From Anthoceros angustus (Eukaryota; Plantae; Anthocerotophyta): a stretch of DNA of 64,000 nt. The position numbers and the translations under genes are program-made. The stretch's first letter is position 1. Every line of letters starts with the position of its first letter. The notes beneath the pieces are model-generated. The model did not search any database. It was not told the origin of the DNA and was given only the letters and a program-made list of their open reading frames with translations. The stretch lies in the NCBI GenBank assembly GCA_010909165.1, contig MU008175.1, forward strand, positions 1,128,971 through 1,192,970. The letters are read 5' to 3'. Shown piece after piece: positions 61,130-64,000 of the stretch.

Positions 61130-63590
61130 CATGTTTTTTGGTGGGGGAGGGTGTCTTCTATGAGGACCATTGTCTGTTGGGGCGGTGGCCGGGAGACATT
61201 TCGGCCAGCCATTGCCGGCGTTAGCGGCCATTGTATGGCCAACCATTGTTTGTCGGGCGTTAGGCGCCATTGTATAGCCAACCATTGTCGGGCATTGGGC
61301 GCCATTGGGAAGGGGATGGAGGAGACTTTGGTGAGGGGTGGCAGGCGGGGAGGGTGGCGGGGAGTAGGCGGGGAGGGTGGCGGCAGGAGGAGGGATGGCA
61401 TTGGCGGGCGCGGTGATTGTCGGGCCAGCCACTATCGTTGCGCCATTGTGTCAGGCGTTGGGCGCCATTGTATAGGCCATTGTCGGGCATTGGGCGCCAT
61501 TGGATGGCAGCCATTGGGAAGCCATTGGGAGAGTTTTGGTGGGGAGGGTGGCAAGCGGGAGCCATTGGCGGGGCCATGACGGTGTCAGGCGACCATTGTC
61601 ATTGTCGGGCGCCATTGTATGGCCAAGCCATTGTCGGGCGTTAGGCGCCATTGGAGGGATGGAGGAGAGTTTTTGGTGGGGGCGGTGGCGGGCGGGAGGC
61701 GGGGAGGGTGGCGGAGAGACATTGCATCTTTGGCCGGTGAGCGCCATTGTATAGCCGACCATTGTCGGGCCGACCATTGTCGGGCGTTGGGTGCCATTGT
61801 ATGCCAAGCCATTGTCGCGTTAGCGCCATTGGGAAGGGGATGGAGGAGAGTTTTTGGTGGGGAGGGTGGCGAGGCAAGGAGGCGGAGGAGGACGGGAGGC
61901 GGGAGGCGGGGAGGAAGCGGGCGGGAGGCGGGGAGCCATTGGCGGTGCGTGATTGTCGGGCCACCATTGGGCCACCATTGTCGGGCGTTGGGAGCCATTG
62001 TATGGCCGCCATTGTCAGCCGACCATTGTCGGGCGGCCATTGTCGACGACCATTGTCGGGCCGATTTATCGGGCACCATTGGCCCCGACCATTGTCGACC
62101 AACCGACCCGACCATTGGCGGCGCCGGCCATTGTCGGGCCTGACCATTTAAGGCCGCCATTGTCGATCAAGTCATTGTAAAGACCCGACCCGGCCATTGT
62201 CGGCCCAGCCATTGTCGAATGACGCCATTGCCGAACCCACAACGCCAGACGACCATTGTCCAAATCCATTGTCGTACTACCGTTAGGCGCCATTGGAAGG
62301 AATGCGAGTTTTGGGGGGATGGAGGCGGTGGGGGGAGGAGGCGGGGAGGGTTGGCGGGCGGAGCCATTGGCGGTAGCTGGGTGTCGGGCGTATTTTAGGC
62401 GCCATTATAGCCATTCGCGTTGGGCGCCATTGGGAAGGAGGATGGAGGGAGAGTTTTGGTGGGGAGGAGTGGGGCCGAGGAGGGGGTGGCGGGAGGCATT
62501 GGCGGTGGCCCATTGTCAGGCCATTGTCAGCCAGTAGATTGCTATGGCGTTTAGCCATTGTCATGGCGTTAGGCGCCATTGTATGGGATGGAGGGTGGTA
62601 GGCGGAGGTGGCGAGGCGGGGAGGAGGGGTTTACAAAACCCTTTTGTAAGTCCCAATCTTTCGCGTCTAAAACCTCCGTTGTAAATTGGTTTAAGTTTGA
62701 TGTGGCAAGTTTTAAGACTCGGTTTACAATGTGGGTTTCTAGTTGGATGATATGGCACTCTTTGGGTGCTCATTTTACAACAACGAGATCAATCACGTAG
62801 CTCCTTGTTGTAGATTACGTTGTAAAGCCTTTTTTTCAAAATTTGATCTTTTTTCTAAAATCTTTATTAATATCACTAATCACAAAAATATGATTGGAAG
62901 CCATTTACCCGTTGCATGCGATGACGTGGCTCCTTGTTGAATTATGTTGTAAAGCCTTTTTCTTAAAATTTGGCGGGGAAGGTGCGGGGAGGGAGGGGGA
63001 GGGAAGTGGGTAGGAAGGGGATGGAGTAAGAGTTTTTGGTGGGGAGGGTGGCGAGCGGAGAGGAGGCGGGGAGGATGGCGAGCGAGAGCCATTGGCATGC
63101 TAGCCAGTGATTCAGGGCCAGCCATTGTCGGGCGTTAGGCGCCATTGTATAGCCAACCATTGTCGGGCATTGGGCGCCATTGGGAAGGGGATGGAGGAGA
63201 GTTTTGGTGGGGGAGTGGCGGTAGGGAGGGGTGGCGGGCGGACGCCATTGGGAAGGGGATGGAGGAGAATTTTGGTGGGGGAGGTGGCGGGCGGGGAGGG
63301 TGGCGGGGGCGGGGAGCCATTGGCGTGGTAAGCGAGCTCGCCAGCCATTGTCGGACCAGCCATTGTTGGGCGCCGTTGTATAGCCAACCATTGTAGAATC
63401 GGACGCCATTGGGAAGGGGATGGAGGGAGAGTTTTGGTGGGGGAGGGTGTGGCGAGGAGCCATTGGCGGTGGCGGCCGATTGTCGGGCCAGCCATTTTCG
63501 ACCCAGCCATTGTCGGGCGTTAGGCGCGGTTGTAAGACCAACCATTGTCGGTATTTGGGCGCGCCCGTTGGGAAGGGGATGGTATGGGCT
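61130..63590. repeat. CCATTG/G-rich satellite, block 3 (contains the third AT-rich module)
   Basis: Same motifs and orientation as blocks 1 and 2. Confidence 0.95.
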
Positions 63591-63593
63591 ATG

Positions 63594-64000
63594 CACTTCC
63601 ACAGGAGTTAGAAATAAGTAGGGTTTTTTTTAGGATTGAAGGATAAATAAAGGCGGAAAGGAGGAATAAATTGGGGTAGCGCTTGGACGAGGCTCGGAGT
63701 ATACTCCGGACTGGAGTGAACAACGGACCCGGTACCACTATGGCAAGCTCCGGACTACCGAGTAAAGAGATAAGTCCGGAACCCTCCGGTCAAAATAGGA
63801 TAAATCGCATGAAAGTAACCTAGGAGGCGGGCGTGAGGGCAGGGCGCCACGTGGGCGGCCACAGAGTGGAGGTCGGGCATGCGGTAGGCGGACCGTAACC
63901 TTGCGAGCCGTTATAGCGGTATTCACGCCCAGCTGCAGCGTAAGGCAGTAAGCGGGCGTAGGGTCGAGGTGCGAGACCCACAGCGATTCACGGACAGGCG
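63594..64000 (+). mobile_element. End of a second, diverged copy of the CACT-ended element, opposite orientation (runs off the window)
   Basis: cacttcc...aaggcggaaaggaggaataa...gataagtccgga...ctccggtcaaaa is the reverse-complement homolog of ~57400-57621. Confidence 0.7.

Noticed and set aside
51480-63590. Dozens of ORFs (MAPNARQW / PLSGV repeats) and CRISPR-like periodicity
   Set aside because: These are translations of the satellite. The linkers are themselves repeated, with no unique spacers and no cas genes, in a eukaryotic context.

Overview
Nuclear DNA from a compact non-seed land plant genome. A hornwort (Anthoceros-like) source is inferred from the mostly 70-130 nt introns, the dense PLS-class PPR genes and a WW-type editing domain; no tool confirmed this. 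About 1-49.2 kb is gene-dense. It holds a cluster of organellar RNA-editing-type PLS-PPR genes (five intact, one pseudogene). One of these ends in a WW-type PG box and is followed by a complete but frameshifted DYW deaminase. Interspersed genes are a BTB/BACK protein, GEX1, a class III peroxidase, METTL18/HPM1, a small J-protein (plus a dead copy in a ~3 kb tandem duplication), an LBD transcription factor, a plastid PEP/phosphate translocator and RLP24. A CRE-type retrotransposon remnant lies at ~2.7-3.2 kb. From ~49.7 kb to the end is a nested transposon block: Ty1/copia pol pieces, a Helitron-type 3' end, a strand-asymmetric CCATTG/G-rich satellite with a recurring AT-rich module, two related CACT-ended elements inserted in the satellite in opposite orientations, and an inverted LTR-like pair. 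Several frameshifts in GC-rich genes look like assembly errors. Exon coordinates were read by eye.
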